A stretch of 64,000 nt of DNA from Bryobacterales bacterium (GTDB lineage: Bacteria > Acidobacteriota > Terriglobia > Bryobacterales > UBA6623): NCBI GenBank assembly GCA_963422375.2, contig OY729428.2, forward strand, positions 3,232,001 through 3,296,000, given 5' to 3'. The translations under genes and the position numbers were made by a program. Under the pieces are notes generated by a model. That model ran no database searches. It saw only the letters and a list, made by a program, of their open reading frames with translations, and was not told where the DNA came from. Positions 1 to 10,118 of this stretch are shown here, in pieces; position 1 is the stretch's first letter; every line of letters starts with the position of its first letter.

Positions 1-1306
1 CGGACCACAGCGCCTTGTGCTGGATCTGGGTCCAGTCGTCCTGAATGTAGCGGGCCATCAGCCGCACGTCCTCGCTGAAGCTGTGGTCGACCCGGACGAG
101 CTCCTCGTGCTGGTCCGTGGGCTGGCTCGGCTGTGCGATCCAGTTCTGCCCGCCCTCGCGGTTGGGGAGCGGGAAGAAACTGTCCAGCAGGACCGTGGCG
201 TTGGGGTCAATCCGCCACGCCGGAATGACGTTGTCGGGGAACGGCTCGCCGGTATCCGGATCATTGATCTGCCTCTGGCCGGTAAAGTTCCCTCCCCTCA
301 TCGCGGCGGTCGGCGTGCGGGCTAGGAACGTCGCACCGCGCATGGACGGGCCACGACGCTTGTACTGGGAAATCGAGGTGAAGAAGAAGGTCTTCGTCTT
401 CTCGGGGTTGTACCCCCCGAAGGAAATCGGGCCGCCCAGGGTAAAGCCGAAGTGATTCAGCTTTAGCGGAGCCGCCTCGCTCGCGAAGAAGTTGGCGGAG
501 TCCATCACGTTGTTGCGCAGGAAGTCGTAGATATCACCGTGGAACTCCTGGCCGCCACCCTTGATGACGATGTTGCCCACGCCGCCGCCGTAGCTTCCGG
601 ATTCGGCATTGAAGTTGCTGGTGAGGAACTTGACCTCGGCGATGGCCTCGGGCGGCGGGAAGTTGTTGATGCCGCGCTGGCCGCCGGTGTCCATGTTCTG
701 GATGCCGTCGATGGCGTAGCGCACCTTGTCCGTGCGCGTCCCGTGGACGGCAAGCAGCGGATTGCCCTCCTGGCCGATGCCCCGCTGGTCCGTCGACTCC
801 GCCGCCACGCCGGCAGCTAAGCGCCCGAACTGGGACCAGTTGCGCCCGTTGATGGGCATCTCCGCCACCTGGACGCTGTCAATCAGGGCCGAGACTTCAC
901 CGCTCTCGGTGTCGATGACCGGAGCCGCCCCGGTCACTTCGACGGTGGTCGTGACCTCGCCAACCTCGAGTTGGATGTCCACACCCAGGCGCTGCTCGGC
1001 CTCGAGCACTATGTCACGCAGGACCTGGCGCTGGAATCCGGCCAGCTCGGCCGTGACCGAGTAGCTTCCCGCAGGGATGGCGCTCACTACGTACACGCCG
1101 CTCTCGTTCGACTCAACGACGCGGCTCTCGCCCGTGGCCGAATTCTCGACCGTGACCTCGACACCGGGAATCACGGCTCCCGTGGGGTCGGAAACTGACC
1201 CCGTGATGGTGCCGCGGCTAATGCCTTGGCCGAATGCCGCCCCGGCCAGGACCAGCGCGACCAAGACCGCGAGCACCCCTCGCGAAACGCAGAATCTCAG
1301 ATTCAT
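1..1306 (-). CDS. Oar-like TonB-dependent receptor with carboxypeptidase-regulatory-like N-terminal domain (3' end runs off window)
   Basis: Missing from the ORF track because there is no stop in the window. ATG at 1306 follows AAGGAGG. Reads signal peptide MNLRFCVSRGVLAVLVALVLAGAAFGQ, then GTITGSVSDPTGAVIPGVEVTV, later NIVIKGGGQEFHGDIYDFLRNN and NHFGFTLGGP, typical of acidobacterial TBDRs. Confidence 0.9.
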   Translation of the reverse strand, partial: MNLRFCVSRGVLAVLVALVLAGAAFGQGISRGTITGSVSDPTGAVIPGVEVTVENSATGESRVVESNESGVYVVSAIPAGSYSVTAELAGFQRQVLRDIVLEAEQRLGVDIQLEVGEVTTTVEVTGAAPVIDTESGEVSALIDSVQVAEMPINGRNWSQFGRLAAGVAAESTDQRGIGQEGNPLLAVHGTRTDKVRYAIDGIQNMDTGGQRGINNFPPPEAIAEVKFLTSNFNAESGSYGGGVGNIVIKGGGQEFHGDIYDFLRNNVMDSANFFASEAAPLKLNHFGFTLGGPISFGGYNPEKTKTFFFTSISQYKRRGPSMRGATFLARTPTAAMRGGNFTGQRQINDPDTGEPFPDNVIPAWRIDPNATVLLDSFFPLPNREGGQNWIAQPSQPTDQHEELVRVDHSFSEDVRLMARYIQDDWTQIQHKALWS

Positions 1307-1360
1307 GCTCAATCCTCCTTGACCCGAGGCATGCCATGGCCGGCCCGCCAACGCCCACCT

Positions 1361-1389
1361 AGCGTAGGGAGTGCCTTCGCGCAAGTCAA
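1361..1389 (-). promoter_or_regulatory. Candidate sigma70 promoter for the TBDR
   Basis: Minus strand TTGACT-17 nt-TACGCT, about 55 nt upstream of the ATG at 1306. Confidence 0.5.
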
Positions 1390-2113
1390 CCCCAACCTCG
1401 GCAGCAACGCAGGAGTCTCTTTTCGCGGGGAGCGCCGGAAATCGATCGGCCACGCGCTTCGCGCGCGGCGCGCGAGCTGTGTGTCAGCCACGCGGAGTGA
1501 ACGGCGGGTGACGAGTTAGCCACGGGCCACAGGATTGGTGCGCCGTCTCCGCCGTTCGGCCTCGCCCACGACAAGAGAGTCTTCAATGACACCAGATGGT
1601 CGGCACCCAAGACTCTGGATGGCAGGGCTCGAGTCAACCGAACGCACTTCGGAGTCGCAAGCCAGCAACGACTGGACAACGCTGGAATCGACACGCCGCA
1701 GCAAGCCGGCCCGACCCAGCTGGCAGCCCGGCCGAGGACTGCAGCTCTCACGTTGGGGCAGTCAAGTTTCCTAGCGCACGGATGGCCGAGACTGGCAACG
1801 ACGCATCGTGTTCGACTGACAGGCGAGCTCCGCTTGTCCCCAGCGAAGGCACGGCTGGATCCTGCTAGGCTCTACGGCAACCTGCCCCGCGGTCCCGTCG
1901 AGGGGATTGACCTCGCGGACGAGCAGCCCTCAGGGCTCGCCCAGTCGCCGCGGGGCCACGGGCCTGATTCAGCCAGCCCCACGAGTGCGAGACTGGACCA
2001 TCCGGGCAAGACTTACGACCCGGAGTCGTTTCACAGGCGCTCGGCCTGCCGACTATTGTGTCGACTGCCAGGGCCCGACGCTGTGCAAGCGGAGAGAAAC
2101 CCGGAGAGCCGCC

Positions 2114-3874
2114 ATGGCTTGCGCACGTTCCCTAGCAGTCTTGCTCGCCTGCTCTGCACTGGCCCAGAGCCTCGCGGCTCAGGGCATGGCTCTGGTCAAC
2201 CGACCCGGCCGGGGCGTGCGGGTCTCGGAACTCGACCGCCCAGTGCCCGCTTTCCGATTCGAGAACCGGGCGTCGGAAGCCGGGCTGCTCTTTCGCCATG
2301 TTGCCGGCGATCCAGTCGACAAGACCTACATTCTCGAGGTCACGGGCAGCGGTGTCGCAATCTTCGACTATGACAACGACGGTCTGGCGGACGTCTTCTT
2401 CGTCAATCAGACCAGATGGCATTCGGGGGACGGCCGGGTGCCGCCAACCAACCGGCTCTTTCGCAATGCCGGGGATCTTCGCTTTGAGGACGTGACCGCC
2501 GAGGCGAATCTCGTTCGTACCGGCTGGGGGCAAGGCGCCTGTGTCGCCGACTACGACAACGACGGTGACGAAGACCTGTTCGTGACCTATTGGGGGGACA
2601 ATGTCCTTTACCGGAACGAGGGCGACGGCCGCTTCGAGGATGTCACCGGGGCAGCGTTCCCGCCGACGGTCCGGCGACGTTGGAGCACGGGCTGCGCATT
2701 CCTAGACTATGACCGTGACGGCAGCCTCGACCTCGCTGTGGCCAACTACATTCGATTCGACCTTGGGACGACTCCAAAGCCGGGAGAGAACGAACTCTGC
2801 CGCTTCCAAGGCAATCCGGTCGTGTGCGGCCCGCGCGGGCTGCCTAGCGAGACCGCGACGCTGTATAGGAACACTGGGCACGGAACGTACGCCGATGTCT
2901 CGCACAAGAGCGGCCTCGGCACCGGCGCAATGTACGGCTTCGCCGTCCTCACCGGCGACTACAACAGGGATGGTTGGACCGACATCTATGTCGCCTGCGA
3001 TTCCAGTCCGAGCAGGCTCTTCGAGAACAACCGGGACGGCTCGTTCACCGAGGTGGGATACGAGTCCGGGACAGCTCTGAACGAGCACGGACAGGAACAG
3101 GGCGGAATGGGTGCGGCCGCCGGAGACTACAACCGGGACGGCTGGATCGACATCGTCAAGACGAACTTCGCCAATGACATTCCGTCCCTCTACAGGAACG
3201 AGCAGCAGGGACTCTTCAGCGAGGTGTCCATCCGAAGCGGACTCGGAACGCATACGAGCTTTGTGGGCTGGGGTGTCGCCTTCGTGGACGTCGACCACGA
3301 TACCTGGCAGGATGTCATCATCGTGAACGGACACGTTTACCGCATGCCGGTACCGGCGGGACGGGGCGTGCGTTTCGAGCAGTCCAAGCATCTCTACTGG
3401 AATCTTGCCGACGGCACATTCGCCGAGATATCCGGGCGTTCCGGCTCGGGCCTTGTCGAGAAGAGCTCCGCGCGAGGCGCCGCGTTCGGTGACCTGGACA
3501 ACGATGGCCGGATCGAAGTCGTAGTCAACAACCTGGATTCCTCCCCAAGCCTGCTGGTCAACGCGGTCGAGCAGCGGAACTGGATCCGGGTCGATCTCGA
3601 AGGCACGCGATCCAACCGCAACGGAATCGGCGCGAGGGTATCTGTGCGAACAGGCGACACCGTCCAAGTCGCGGAGGCAAGGAGCGGCGGCAGCTTCCTG
3701 TCGCACAGCGACCTGCGACTGCACTTCGGGTTAGGGAACGCCGATCAAGTCGACGAGATCCTCGTTCGGTGGACCACCGGAGCGGTCGAGGCGTTCCCGA
3801 GCGCGAGCGCAAATCGTACCGTAGTCTTACGAGAGGGAAGGGGGACGCCGGTGCAAACCCCTGACAGCGGATAG
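2114..3874 (+). CDS. CRTAC1-family protein (FG-GAP/VCBS repeats + ASPIC/UnbV domain), exported
   Basis: Repeated DYDNDG/DYNRDG motifs, C-terminal SNRNGIGARV...GGSFLSHSDLRLHFGLG, and a signal peptide from ATG 2114. Confidence 0.92.
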   Translation: MACARSLAVLLACSALAQSLAAQGMALVNRPGRGVRVSELDRPVPAFRFENRASEAGLLFRHVAGDPVDKTYILEVTGSGVAIFDYDNDGLADVFFVNQTRWHSGDGRVPPTNRLFRNAGDLRFEDVTAEANLVRTGWGQGACVADYDNDGDEDLFVTYWGDNVLYRNEGDGRFEDVTGAAFPPTVRRRWSTGCAFLDYDRDGSLDLAVANYIRFDLGTTPKPGENELCRFQGNPVVCGPRGLPSETATLYRNTGHGTYADVSHKSGLGTGAMYGFAVLTGDYNRDGWTDIYVACDSSPSRLFENNRDGSFTEVGYESGTALNEHGQEQGGMGAAAGDYNRDGWIDIVKTNFANDIPSLYRNEQQGLFSEVSIRSGLGTHTSFVGWGVAFVDVDHDTWQDVIIVNGHVYRMPVPAGRGVRFEQSKHLYWNLADGTFAEISGRSGSGLVEKSSARGAAFGDLDNDGRIEVVVNNLDSSPSLLVNAVEQRNWIRVDLEGTRSNRNGIGARVSVRTGDTVQVAEARSGGSFLSHSDLRLHFGLGNADQVDEILVRWTTGAVEAFPSASANRTVVLREGRGTPVQTPDSG

Positions 3875-3879
3875 GGCCA

Positions 3880-5109
3880 GTGTGGACAACACCTAGTTGG
3901 CGTTGCCCGTCCCCTTCGGCAATCGCGCCTCGGCTCGGGGGCACTCCGGACGCATCGCGGGGCGTGGCGTCGCGCATCGCGTGTCCGTCTTTCCCTTCGC
4001 GACTATTGCCGCTGACGGTATTGCGGGCCCTGCTAACAGCCGCGGGTCTGTCAGTCCTCGCCGGAGCGCAGGAGACTCCGCGCCGGAAGGAGTATGTGGG
4101 GGCGGCAACATGCGGATCCTGCCATCCGCAACAGCTGGCGAGCCAGTCCCGCAGCGGGCATGCGCTCACGCTACATCGCACGGAAGAACATCCTCTCGGC
4201 TCGAGGATGATTCCGCAAGGAGTCTTGCGCCGTCCGCCTCAGTTCCGGTTCAGATACCGTCGCAGCGACAGCAGGATCCTCGCCGAAGTCGAGGACGACG
4301 AATTCGTCATGGAACTGCCCCTTGAATGGGCCTTCGGCGCGGGGAACCACGGCGTCACGTTCGTCAGCCGGCTGAACAGGTCATCCTACGTCGAACACGC
4401 CTTCAGCTACTACGCCAAGCCCGGCACATTCGACGCGACGACGGGGCACGAATCCATTCGGCCCGAGTCAGTCCTCCAAGCCATGGGCCTGCGCTATCAG
4501 GTCCGCGGACAAGGCAACTCGATCTCGGATTGCTTCAACTGCCATTCGACCGGACCGCTGTCGTACTCGTCAAGAGGAGAAATCGACGTGACCGAGAAAG
4601 CAGTGCGCTGCGAGACGTGCCACGGGCCCGGCCGGGGCCACTTGGAGGCGGTTTCCTCTGGCGATGGCCAGCTTGCTCGCTCGTCCATCGACAATCCCGC
4701 CCGCCTCTCGCCGGACGCTCTCTTGCAGTTCTGCGGGGATTGCCACCGCGACCCACGCGGCGCCGCGACCGCCTTTGACTATGAGCGGGCGTGGAACGTA
4801 CGGCACCAGCCGCCCTACTTCCGCCAGAGCCCGTGCTTTCAGAACTCGGGCGGAACGCTCTCTTGCGTCACTTGCCACGACCCGCACGAGGATGTTCGTC
4901 GAAATGAACCCAGGTACTATCGAGCGCGCTGCATGGCCTGCCATGACGCGAGCTATCGGCCGCCTTCCAAGCTGTGCAGAGCTGGGTCCGAGGACACAGA
5001 CTGCGCCGAGTGCCACATGCCAGAAGTCCAAGTCAGCCCGCACCTCGGATTCAAGAACCATTGGATCGGAATCTATGCCGACGAGAGGAGGCTGACACCG
5101 TCACGGTAG
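3880..5109 (+). CDS. Multiheme cytochrome c (c554-like), 7 CxxCH motifs
   Basis: CGSCH, CFNCH, CETCH, CGDCH, CVTCH, CMACH, CAECH, preceded by a hydrophobic leader. Start codon uncertain. Confidence 0.88.
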   Translation: MWTTPSWRCPSPSAIAPRLGGTPDASRGVASRIACPSFPSRLLPLTVLRALLTAAGLSVLAGAQETPRRKEYVGAATCGSCHPQQLASQSRSGHALTLHRTEEHPLGSRMIPQGVLRRPPQFRFRYRRSDSRILAEVEDDEFVMELPLEWAFGAGNHGVTFVSRLNRSSYVEHAFSYYAKPGTFDATTGHESIRPESVLQAMGLRYQVRGQGNSISDCFNCHSTGPLSYSSRGEIDVTEKAVRCETCHGPGRGHLEAVSSGDGQLARSSIDNPARLSPDALLQFCGDCHRDPRGAATAFDYERAWNVRHQPPYFRQSPCFQNSGGTLSCVTCHDPHEDVRRNEPRYYRARCMACHDASYRPPSKLCRAGSEDTDCAECHMPEVQVSPHLGFKNHWIGIYADERRLTPSR

Positions 5110-5223
5110 CGCTCGTGGCCCTCATGCGACGAGCCAGGCATGGAACGCAAAGCGCCGTGTTCCGACGTGACCGACGACCGCCGAGAAGCTGTGCTGAGGC
5201 TGGCGGTGGTGTAGGCTTGTAGC

Positions 5224-6408
5224 GTGCAGTGCCGGACCGAGAGGTGCCTCGCCCGCCAGTCCAAGGGGGTCCGCGCGGCCTTGGTCGCGGTCGTGCTCGC
5301 AACGCCGGGTATCGTCGCCGGGCAGCTACCGCAAGGGCGATCCGAGATGCTCCGGCGGGCTTACGATGCCTTCGAGGCCGCCGACTACAAGCTGGCCGAG
5401 CAACGATTCCTCCAGATTCTGAGCGTTGACCCGGACAACGGGAGGGTCCAGAACGACCTCGCGTCCGCGCTCTTGCGCCAAGAGCGTTTCGAAGAGGCGG
5501 TCGAGGCATTCCAAGAGGCCGCTAGGCTAGTGCCCGAAGTGAAAGAAGTCCAACGGAATATAGGCCAAGCGTACTTCAATTGGGGCAGATATGCACAGGC
5601 TGAAGCAACCCTTTCCGCTTACATGCAGGCGCACCCGGCGGATGCTGTGGCACAGAAAGTCCTAGCCCTCAGTCACATGCTCCAAGGCGAGAACGAGGAG
5701 GCGATTGCACTGTTCGAAGACTTGCGAGCCAAGGGAAACCAGGATCTCGGTCTGCTTTATTCGCTATCTTCGGCCTACTTGCAAGCCGGAGATTCAGCGA
5801 GGGCTCAGGGCATACTGAGCGATCTATTCCGACTCCATCCGGACTCTCCCGAGCTCCATGTCCTTCTTGCACAGGCGCTCGAGCGCGCCGGAGAGCACTC
5901 CCGCGCACTCAAATCTCTGGACCGATCTATCGAACTCCGCCCTAACATTCCTCTGGCTAACTTTCACAAAGGTCGGATTCTATTGAGGACAGGAAATGCC
6001 GTCGAGGCCGAGTCCGCTCTCAGCCAAGAAATCGAAGGCAATACCGGCCACGCGGAGAGCTACTATTACCGCGGAGTTTCCAGAGTGCAACTGAACCGCA
6101 TCGTCGAAGGCGAGATCGACTTGCGACGGTCCATCGAACTCGACGTGGCCTACCCTCCGGCATACTACCAGTTGGGGAAACTCCTTTGCGATAGCGGAAG
6201 ACCGCAAGAGGCGTTGCCGTTTCTGGAGAAGTCGATCAGCCTCCAGCCAGACCACACTGAAACGCACTACCTCCTCGGCCGCACTCTCCTGCGTTTGGGT
6301 CGACGCGACGAGGCCCGCGAATACCTGAACGTCGTCCGGAAGGTGCAAGAGAAGGGCCGCCAAGAATTGGAGGAGGAGCTCACTCCGCGAAAGGAGAGTG
6401 AATTCTAG
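5224..6408 (+). CDS. Tetratricopeptide-repeat protein, exported
   Basis: Tandem TPR-like helices (AYYQLGKLL, THYLLGRTLLRLG) and an N-terminal hydrophobic segment. Start uncertain. Confidence 0.88.
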   Translation: MQCRTERCLARQSKGVRAALVAVVLATPGIVAGQLPQGRSEMLRRAYDAFEAADYKLAEQRFLQILSVDPDNGRVQNDLASALLRQERFEEAVEAFQEAARLVPEVKEVQRNIGQAYFNWGRYAQAEATLSAYMQAHPADAVAQKVLALSHMLQGENEEAIALFEDLRAKGNQDLGLLYSLSSAYLQAGDSARAQGILSDLFRLHPDSPELHVLLAQALERAGEHSRALKSLDRSIELRPNIPLANFHKGRILLRTGNAVEAESALSQEIEGNTGHAESYYYRGVSRVQLNRIVEGEIDLRRSIELDVAYPPAYYQLGKLLCDSGRPQEALPFLEKSISLQPDHTETHYLLGRTLLRLGRRDEAREYLNVVRKVQEKGRQELEEELTPRKESEF

Positions 6409-6583
6409 CCCGAAGATCCACGCCCGAGGCCAACTTCGGAAGCAGCTTCCGACACGTCCGATTGCAGCCATGCCGCCTTCCCCGACACCCAGCCCTGCAT
6501 CTCGGCACAGGGATTTGCGAGCCGCAGCTTGAGGCCTGCTCCGCCCGACGCGGCGACGAGCTGGCGCCATTCAAGCAACTCAA

Positions 6584-6608
6584 GCAAGCCTTGCGGCCTG
6601 CCTTTTTT
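6584..6608 (+). terminator. Possible intrinsic terminator
   Basis: GCAAGCC-TTGC-GGCCTGC imperfect stem followed by CTTTTTT, downstream of the TPR gene. Confidence 0.35.
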
Positions 6609-6616
6609 CCACAGGG

Positions 6617-7300
6617 CTAGTCCGTGCTCAGAGATTCATGCGCCGCTGTGCGGTCCGGCCCGATCACCCCCCAGGTGGAGGTGGCGCTCGTGGATCTGCA
6701 CCGCGTCGGCCAGGCGCAGGCAGCCCCGCCAGATGATCCGGTGTGCCGGTGACGGGTCCTTGCGCCGGTTCATGTAGCCGCCCTACACCGCCATCGTCCG
6801 CCCCGGACCGTCCGGAGCGGGCAGGCCTCGGTCCCGGGCGTAGTCCTCAAGCGCCCGGATCTCGAGGTCCGGGAACAGCGCCTCCGGCGGCAGCTCCGGC
6901 GTCTCCCGCCCCGCCAGCGTCATCGCGCTAGGCACCAGGCGACGACAGCCCTCTGCGCCGCCGCCCGCTCGATACGCTCGCGCGGGCGGTGCCCAAAGGA
7001 ACACCACCCTGCAGCCCGCCTTGAGCGCGCCGTGCCAGTGGTGATGCGCCGGCGCAAGCCGTACCAGCGCAGCATGCGTTTCGCATCCGCGTCCGAGCGC
7101 ACCGCGACGTTGGTCAGCAGGAACCGTTCCAGCGGCTCGGCCCCGTCCGGCGAGACCTCCTCGCGCACATGGACCAGGGCTAGCGGGACGGGGACCTCGC
7201 CGCGCCACTCGCCTGCGGTCGGCGGGGGCAGCTCCGCGGACTGGCAGCGCGGCAATCCCAGGAGCCCGCACGATGGCAGTTGCCCGCATCGACGTTGCCG
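6617..7300 (-). pseudogene. Degenerate IS4/Tn5-like transposase, C-terminal part plus element end
   Basis: Frameshifted pieces VHVREEVSPDGAEPLERFLLTNVAV...WYGLRRRI...WH.ALKAGC and LAGRETPELPPEALF. The end sequence GCTCAGAGATTCATGCGCCGCTGT recurs at 16730. Confidence 0.7.
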
Positions 7301-7460
7301 GGGCAACCGGGCAGTCGCGTTCCGAGACCCGGTCAGGGGCCGACCAGGCCGTCTTGCGCCGCAGAAGGCTGCCTGGCCCTTGGGCAGATGGCTTCACTTG
7401 CGAGCTGTTGAGCGAGCCGGGCTTGCCTGTCCGGCTGGGAATCGCGCAACATGGTCACTT

Positions 7461-8936
7461 ATGGCCGACTGCATTCTTGCCTGTGACGAGGGCACCAGCA
7501 GCGCCCGTGCGGTCGTCTTCGACCGCACGGCACGACCAGTTTCGACCGCGCAACACCTCGTCGAGAGCAGGTTTCCGCATAGCGGATGGGTCGAGCAAGA
7601 CGCCGAGGCAATCTGGCAGACCCAGCTGCTGGCAGCCCGTGAAGCTTCGGAACAGTGCGGAGGCTGGGACGCAATCTCCGCAATCGGGATCACCAACCAG
7701 CGAGAAACGACGATCGTGTGGGACCGCAAGACCGGCGCGCCAATAGCACCGGCAATCGTGTGGCAATGCCGCCGGACCGCGTCGACCTGTGGGAACCTCT
7801 CCGAGGCCGGTCACGCCGAGGAGACCACCGCGCGCACGGGCCTCGTCCTTGACCCGTACTTCTCCGGAACGAAGATCGGCTGGATTCTGGACCACATTCC
7901 GGGCGCTAGACGGCGCGCCGAGGCCGGTGAGCTAGCCTTCGGCACGGTCGACAGCTGGCTCGTGTACCGCCTGAGCGGCGGACGTGCGCACGTGATTGAC
8001 CGCACCAACGCCTCCCGCACCCTTCTGATGAACCTCCGCTCGGGTGCTTGGGACAAGACCATGCTGTCCCTGCTCGGCGTGCCGGAGGCCATGCTCCCTC
8101 GAATCGTGCCCTCGTGCGGTGTGATGGCTACTACCGACGGTGACCTGACGGGCAGAGAGATCCCGATAGCCGGCGTCGCGGGCGACCAGCAGGCCGCCCT
8201 GTTCGGCCAGGCGTGCTTCCGCGCCGGACTCGTCAAGAACACATACGGCACCGGGTGCTTCGCGCTCATGCATACGGGCGGCGAGGCCTCGCCCTCCGAA
8301 TCGCGGCTCCTGTCCACGACCGCGGCATCGCCATCGGCAAGCCCCCAATTCGCACTCGAGGGGGCCATCTTCGTCGCAGGAGCGGTGATCCAGTGGCTGA
8401 GGGACGAGCTCGGACTGATTGCCACGGCGGCGGACTCCGAGCAGGCAGCCTCGTCCGTCGCCGACACGGGGGGGGTCTACATGGTGCCGGCGTTCACTGG
8501 CCTCGGCGCCCCGTACTGGAATGCCGGTGCGCGTGGAATCCTGACTGGGCTGACCCGTGGCACGCGCACGGAGCACGTCGTGAGGGCCGCATTGGAATCC
8601 ATCGCATACCAGACGAGGGATCTGGTCGAAGCGATGGAGTCGGACTGCGGGGGTAGCCTGTCGGAGCTGCGCGTGGACGGAGGGGCCACGGCCAACGATT
8701 TCCTAATGCAGTTCCAAGCCGACATTCTCGGAGTCCCGGTCACGCGGCCGGCCTATCCGGAGACCACGGCGCTCGGAGCGGCCTTCCTAGCGGGCCTAGC
8801 GAGCGGCTTCTGGAGCGGCACCGACGAGCTGGAGACCTTCTGGAGCGTGGACCGCCGATTCGAGCCGTCCATGCCGGAAGCCCGCAGGCAGGATCTATAC
8901 GACGGATGGAAGGACGCCGTCAAGCGGGCGCTGTGA
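7461..8936 (+). CDS. glpK: Glycerol kinase
   Basis: DEGTSSARA, GITNQRETT, WQCRRT, GDQQAALFG, KNTYGTG, LEGAIF and RVDGG motifs. ATG 7461 chosen inside a longer ORF. Confidence 0.95.
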   Translation: MADCILACDEGTSSARAVVFDRTARPVSTAQHLVESRFPHSGWVEQDAEAIWQTQLLAAREASEQCGGWDAISAIGITNQRETTIVWDRKTGAPIAPAIVWQCRRTASTCGNLSEAGHAEETTARTGLVLDPYFSGTKIGWILDHIPGARRRAEAGELAFGTVDSWLVYRLSGGRAHVIDRTNASRTLLMNLRSGAWDKTMLSLLGVPEAMLPRIVPSCGVMATTDGDLTGREIPIAGVAGDQQAALFGQACFRAGLVKNTYGTGCFALMHTGGEASPSESRLLSTTAASPSASPQFALEGAIFVAGAVIQWLRDELGLIATAADSEQAASSVADTGGVYMVPAFTGLGAPYWNAGARGILTGLTRGTRTEHVVRAALESIAYQTRDLVEAMESDCGGSLSELRVDGGATANDFLMQFQADILGVPVTRPAYPETTALGAAFLAGLASGFWSGTDELETFWSVDRRFEPSMPEARRQDLYDGWKDAVKRAL

Positions 8937-8949
8937 CCGGACCGGCGAG

Positions 8950-10092
8950 TCAGTCGGCCGCCCGCACCAGGTAGGGCTCGAATGCCTCGGTGCAGATTGT
9001 CAGTCCGAGCCCCGGACGGTCGGGCAGGCGCCAGCGGCCCGACTCGAGCGCGATGGGCTGGTCGACGATCACCGTGCGGAACGGGTTCTCCGTCCGGTCG
9101 CACTCGATCAACTTGGTCTCGGCAGTCAGCGAGAACGGATGGCGCGGGCGCGCGGCGTAGAAGTGCAGCGCCGCGACCTGGCCGACGGCCGAACCCCACG
9201 CATGGGGCGTGACGTGGACGCCCGTCAGCGATCCCAACGTGGCGATCTTCATGCCCTCGGTGATACCGCCGCAGGCGCAAATGTCCGGCTGCGCGTAGTC
9301 GAACGCGCGCGACCGGAACCAGCGGTCGAACCCGAAGCGGGTGTACTCGCATTCGCCCCCGGCCAGCGGGATGCCCGTTCGAGCCTTCACCTCCAGGTAC
9401 GCCTCGGGGTCCAGCGGCGACACGGGCTCCTCGAACCAGCGGATACCATGACGCTCTACGGCCCGAGCCAGCCGGACCGCGTCCATGGGGCTGTACGCGT
9501 GGTTGGCGTCGATCATGAGCTCCGTGTCCGGGCCCGCGAAGTCCCTCACGGCGGCGACCAGCTCGGCGTCTCGGCCAACGCCTTGGCCGACCTTGATCTT
9601 GAGGGCCCGGAAGCCGGCACCGAGACACTCGGCCGCTTCGCGTTCCCAGCGCCTTTCCAAGGGCTCATCCCCGCCGAAGTAGAACCCCGTCCAGTAGCAT
9701 TCGATGGAATCGAGCGGCTCGGCGCCAAGCGCCCGATAAAGCGGGAGACCCGCGCCTTGGGCCTTCAGGTCCCAGCAGGCGATGTCAAGCGCCGATATGG
9801 CCGCCAGCACGACTCCCTTCTGCCCGTAGTCCACCGAACGGGCGTAGAGGAGTTCCCAAAGCGACTCGACGGCGCGGGGGTCGCGCCCCGGCAGCAGGGG
9901 CCCGAGAAAGTCTCTGACGATCACCGCGGTCACGGAGGCCGGACCATAGGCCTCGCCCCAGCCTTCTCGTCCGTCGTCCGTGGCAACCCGGACGAGCATC
10001 GCCTCGCGCTGCGAGTACGCGAACTGGGAGAAGCCGAACGGCGCTCGGAGCGGCGCGTATAGGTGGAATGCATCAACGCGGCTGATTCGCAT
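8950..10092 (-). CDS. Mandelate racemase/muconate lactonizing enzyme family protein
   Basis: GWGEAYG, AISALDIACWDL, KIKVG, DANH, WFEEP, GGE, QPD motifs. Confidence 0.92.
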   Translation of the reverse strand: MRISRVDAFHLYAPLRAPFGFSQFAYSQREAMLVRVATDDGREGWGEAYGPASVTAVIVRDFLGPLLPGRDPRAVESLWELLYARSVDYGQKGVVLAAISALDIACWDLKAQGAGLPLYRALGAEPLDSIECYWTGFYFGGDEPLERRWEREAAECLGAGFRALKIKVGQGVGRDAELVAAVRDFAGPDTELMIDANHAYSPMDAVRLARAVERHGIRWFEEPVSPLDPEAYLEVKARTGIPLAGGECEYTRFGFDRWFRSRAFDYAQPDICACGGITEGMKIATLGSLTGVHVTPHAWGSAVGQVAALHFYAARPRHPFSLTAETKLIECDRTENPFRTVIVDQPIALESGRWRLPDRPGLGLTICTEAFEPYLVRAAD

Positions 10093-10118
10093 CGAGTTGG
10101 TAGAATACCGTTCCGCAG

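Noticed and set aside
1400..2110. Long intergenic region as a riboswitch or ncRNA
   Set aside because: No recognisable conserved RNA motif or convincing ORF seen.
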